From contig OZ281500.1 in NCBI GenBank assembly GCA_965637545.1, positions 18,910,001 to 18,974,000 of the forward strand: a stretch of DNA of 64,000 nt, given 5' to 3'. Both the position numbers and the translations under genes were made by a program. Below, in pieces: positions 60,564 through 64,000 of this stretch. Under the pieces are notes generated by a model. That model was not told where the DNA came from, did no database searches, and worked only from the letters and a program-made list of their open reading frames with translations. Within the stretch, counting starts at the first letter, position 1. Each line of letters opens with the position of its first letter. The stretch is from Phallusia mammillata. Lineage: Eukaryota.

Positions 60564-63500
60564 ATCAAACGAATAATTTTTTGTATTTGGACCATATGCG
60601 CCGAGTTTTACAAAAATGCAAGGTGGCGGACTTAAAGTATGACGTCATTTTATGCGACGTCACTAATGCGTGCAACCACATCAGCTCAGCTAAAAGCCCA
60701 ACTAACTTACAATAGAATCCAACGTTTGTCAAAATCATAAAAAAAGATGTTTTGAATAATATTGATCTGGAACACTTTGCTGTGACGTTTATGATTGGTT
60801 TAGCAGCGTTTAAAAAATGTTTTGTTTCGTTGTTGTTGCTTTGTTTTACATAAAAAACATTTATCACAGCACAATCGAATTGTACACAATAATGGCCAAA
60901 CAGGTTGCAGTTTTTTGTTGCTTGGCAACAATTGTGTGTTTGGCGTCATAAACAAGGCACTAACCCAAACAGGTTGCAGTGTTTTGTTGCTTGTTCGCCA
61001 GCGCACTTGCTAAAAAGCAAAATCGTTTCTAATTTTTCTCAGATTTTACGATGTCCCGTAAGAAACCGCTGCAAACCAACCAAAATATCCACGGTGGCCG
61101 CCACCGTGCTTCACAAACGCAAGGTGGCGGCGCCACCCCGCCACCGCCTACTCGGCGCCTATGATTTGGACCATTATGTTATTTATGGTTGAGGATTTTT
61201 GTTCGCACCGCAAAATTTCAGGCTGTTCGCAAACTGCATCGAAGCTGCAAATTTTGAAAAAACGTTTTGTTGATAGCCTACCGCACTGCACTGCACTGCA
61301 CCGCATATAATGTTAAGCTATAAACGCCTACATCAGTTTTAAACTTGCAACGCAGACATTCAACACGCATTTTTCATGTTTACCTTGAAAAGCCACACGT
61401 TTGCATGAAACGGTCAAACAGCAACAGTTTTACAAAATCATAAATTCCAAGAAAACTTGAACAATAAAACGCAAACCAACAACAAAATACAACACTCACT
61501 TTTCTAAAAACAAGCAACAATTCATTTTTGAAATCTGGACATAACTAATTATATCTTTCTAGACATAACTTTCAATAAAAAACAACAACTTTCTGAAGAT
61601 ACAGAAGAGCAAGGTGTTTAATGAAGATATTTTGCAAACTTTGCAGGTCTGGGTCATAGGGATAGGCCTGCAATGAACTTATACAAAGGTCGCCTTAAAT
61701 CCTTTTTTAATTTGTGCTGATGCTCTGCCGATTTTAGTTGCTGACAAGAAGTCGCACAACGTTTGTTCACTTTTTTTTGTTCACTTTTTAGTTTTTGCCG
61801 CGGCAGTGCGTTCAAAATTACCCAAAAAAATTACGCGACTGTCTAAGCGGCGCGGTTGACACCACTACTACACAGCACTCTGTTTCATGACGTTATACAG
61901 TTGTGCGCATGCGCACTCGGAAAAGCTACATTCCGGACAAAATAGGCAACAGGGTGCTGTGGCTCGTGCAGCACCACCAGTGACGTAGCACTAGGTTTAT
62001 TGTCTGCTCCGCGTCTATTGTGTGCCAAAGCAAAACCTGTGCACCATATTCTTGAGTTTGACAATGAGCACAGTTAAGAAGATTTAAAGTTATTTATTTT
62101 AGAGCTAATTCGTGTTCAAGATGACTGCATGACTTCAAGTGGGATTTACAGTTATCATTTAATGTGCAAAGAAAAAATGGGATAAAACACCTTAAGGTGT
62201 CTAAAAATTTTAGTCCAAATATGTCAGACAGGAAAAAGCAACACCATAGTTTTTTTTAATGGTACCAAAAAAGGCATTTAGGCTGTAAAGTTAAATGCCT
62301 TACTGAAATTCAGGCAACATCTAATGCAGAACAAACAATTCCAACCGCAAGATGAATTTTTAAATACCTGACTGATGACAAATTCAAATCTTGTTTAGAA
62401 ACTTTTTAAACACACAATGTGGAAAATGTTTACAATCAAATGTAATTTCAAGAAATTGGAGTGTTTGAGCCTTTTGTGTCAATAAAATAGTAACAAACCC
62501 TTTAAGAATATTACTGGATGAAGCTAAATAACTCTCTCACTAAACACCTTTGAAGCAGCTAAATCGTTTCACGATTGTTTACTATAGTCTTAAAAATAAA
62601 CATCCTACAGAAGAGATACCACTGAAGCATATCCTGTTGTTGCCAAAGAATGGCTGATCACTGAAATGAAAATGTTTCTGTAGATCTGATGTGTATGATG
62701 ATCTTGCAGAATAATTAAGATGATGTTTTGACAAATGAAATGAAATGAAAAAAAACTGATAAACAACAAGAAGGATACAATTAAAAAAAACACAATGTAC
62801 TCATAAGACTTGCACCTACAGTGCTTACTATAGAAAAACAGTTTGTTAAGGCCGGTGCACACACGTTTTATGCAAACACAAAACGATTTTTGCGTTGAAC
62901 AAGCGCGCAATATAGATCAATCCGATCCACACTGGTTGATTCGCCCGCTCGACTTGAATTTCTGTGTCATGCTTGGATGACTGCCTGCGTGTTCTTGGTT
63001 GACTGGATGCGTGTTCTTAAACAGTTGACGACTTGACAGTAGCAGTAGGTAATGCACTTACTAAACAGTCAATAAGGCTAACATGGAATCCATCAGTTGT
63101 AACTGACTAACAACAAACCACGACAGAACAGAAAGGCCTTCCTTGGATTGACATCATCTTTGAATTAGTTGGTCAAATTTGTAGCTTTATCCAATAAACA
63201 TTGCATGATTACTTTTTTACTGAACAATAAACATGAAAACAAACAATTGTTCAGTGGAACGAATTTTTCGGGGCAGATTTAAAATATTGTCCATTAGCTT
63301 TTTTATAGGGGCGCCAAGATATGGTCTTTTTAAAAAACCATTTAAAATCTGATAAATTGTATAGTTAGTCTCATCTTACAAGCAATGTTTGTATATTACA
63401 TCACAAGTAACACAATAAGACAACTGTTTGCGCACAATCAACAATTTTTGTCTTTTCTGTGACGTAATAAACTGGCTTTGGATCAATCCTGGGCGTTGCA

Positions 63501-63599
63501 ATCTTATGAAACTAGGTAATATCAATTTTACTTGTCGTAACAGTACACTTTCGTAAGGAGTAGATTAATTTTTGATTGTAACAAAGTTATCAATACGAT

Positions 63600-64000
63600 T
63601 TGGCAAACCCAAAAAATTTGGGGTTGCGGGCCGTAGTTTGGTGACACCTGTACTATATAGTCGGCTGTACATTTTTTATTTGTTCGCAATTTCGCATTAG
63701 AGATTGCCTTGACTTTAAGTAAATCAACAATTTCTGGGCGACTTATGCAAGAATACTGACAACGTGGCTCTGTGCACGCCCAAAAAACTTTTTTTTCGCA
63801 ACTTATCAGAGTGTTGAAATGAATTCATCGTTTGAAAATGTGTATTGTTTCCGAAAAACAAGACCAGCGGTTCTTAACCTTTTTGGTGTGGTTTCCCACT
63901 AAAGTCGATTACCAACTTCGAATTTCCCCCTCTGTTATTTTTATAATCATGTTTTGTGCCCTATGTTAACAAAAAAGAAATATTTTTTAAATGAAATAAT
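63600..64000. mobile_element. hAT-type TIR ends (right end ...AGTTTGGTGACACCTG near 63650; left end CAGCGGTTCTTAACC near 63866 running out of the window)
   Basis: Terminal motifs resemble those of the other Charlie-like MITEs in the window. Partner ends are not visible. Confidence 0.45.

Overview
AT-rich, intron-rich animal genomic DNA with GT-AG introns of about 65 bp to 2 kb. A compact invertebrate genome, ascidian-like, is my inference and cannot be proven from the sequence. I rebuilt exon chains by hand from splice signals and codon phase. Left to right: (1) a 21-exon, about 1031-aa multi-EF-hand EFCAB6-like gene on the minus strand (1936-13737); (2) four tandem, apparently intact TMEM86/YhhN (lysoplasmalogenase-family) paralogues on plus (18330-36874); (3) two divergently transcribed GT31 beta-1,3-galactosyltransferase-like genes (37984-41212 minus, 52099-54917 plus); (4) the 5' end of a further type II membrane protein gene (57729-58744). 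Around a 200-N gap, about 4.67 kb is present twice almost identically (41318-45986 = 47857-52528). The first copy is fused mid-exon to an antisense five-exon fragment of NUP85 that is absent from the ORF track and carries two 1-bp frameshifts. This is most likely an assembly or chimeric-read artefact, although a real rearrangement is possible. Non-autonomous hAT-type MITEs with 8-bp target-site duplications are abundant: one is nested in another, one duplicates a splice donor, and one carries a templated fold-back insertion. I found no rRNA, tRNA, CRISPR array or intact transposase ORF, and no clearly new biological system.
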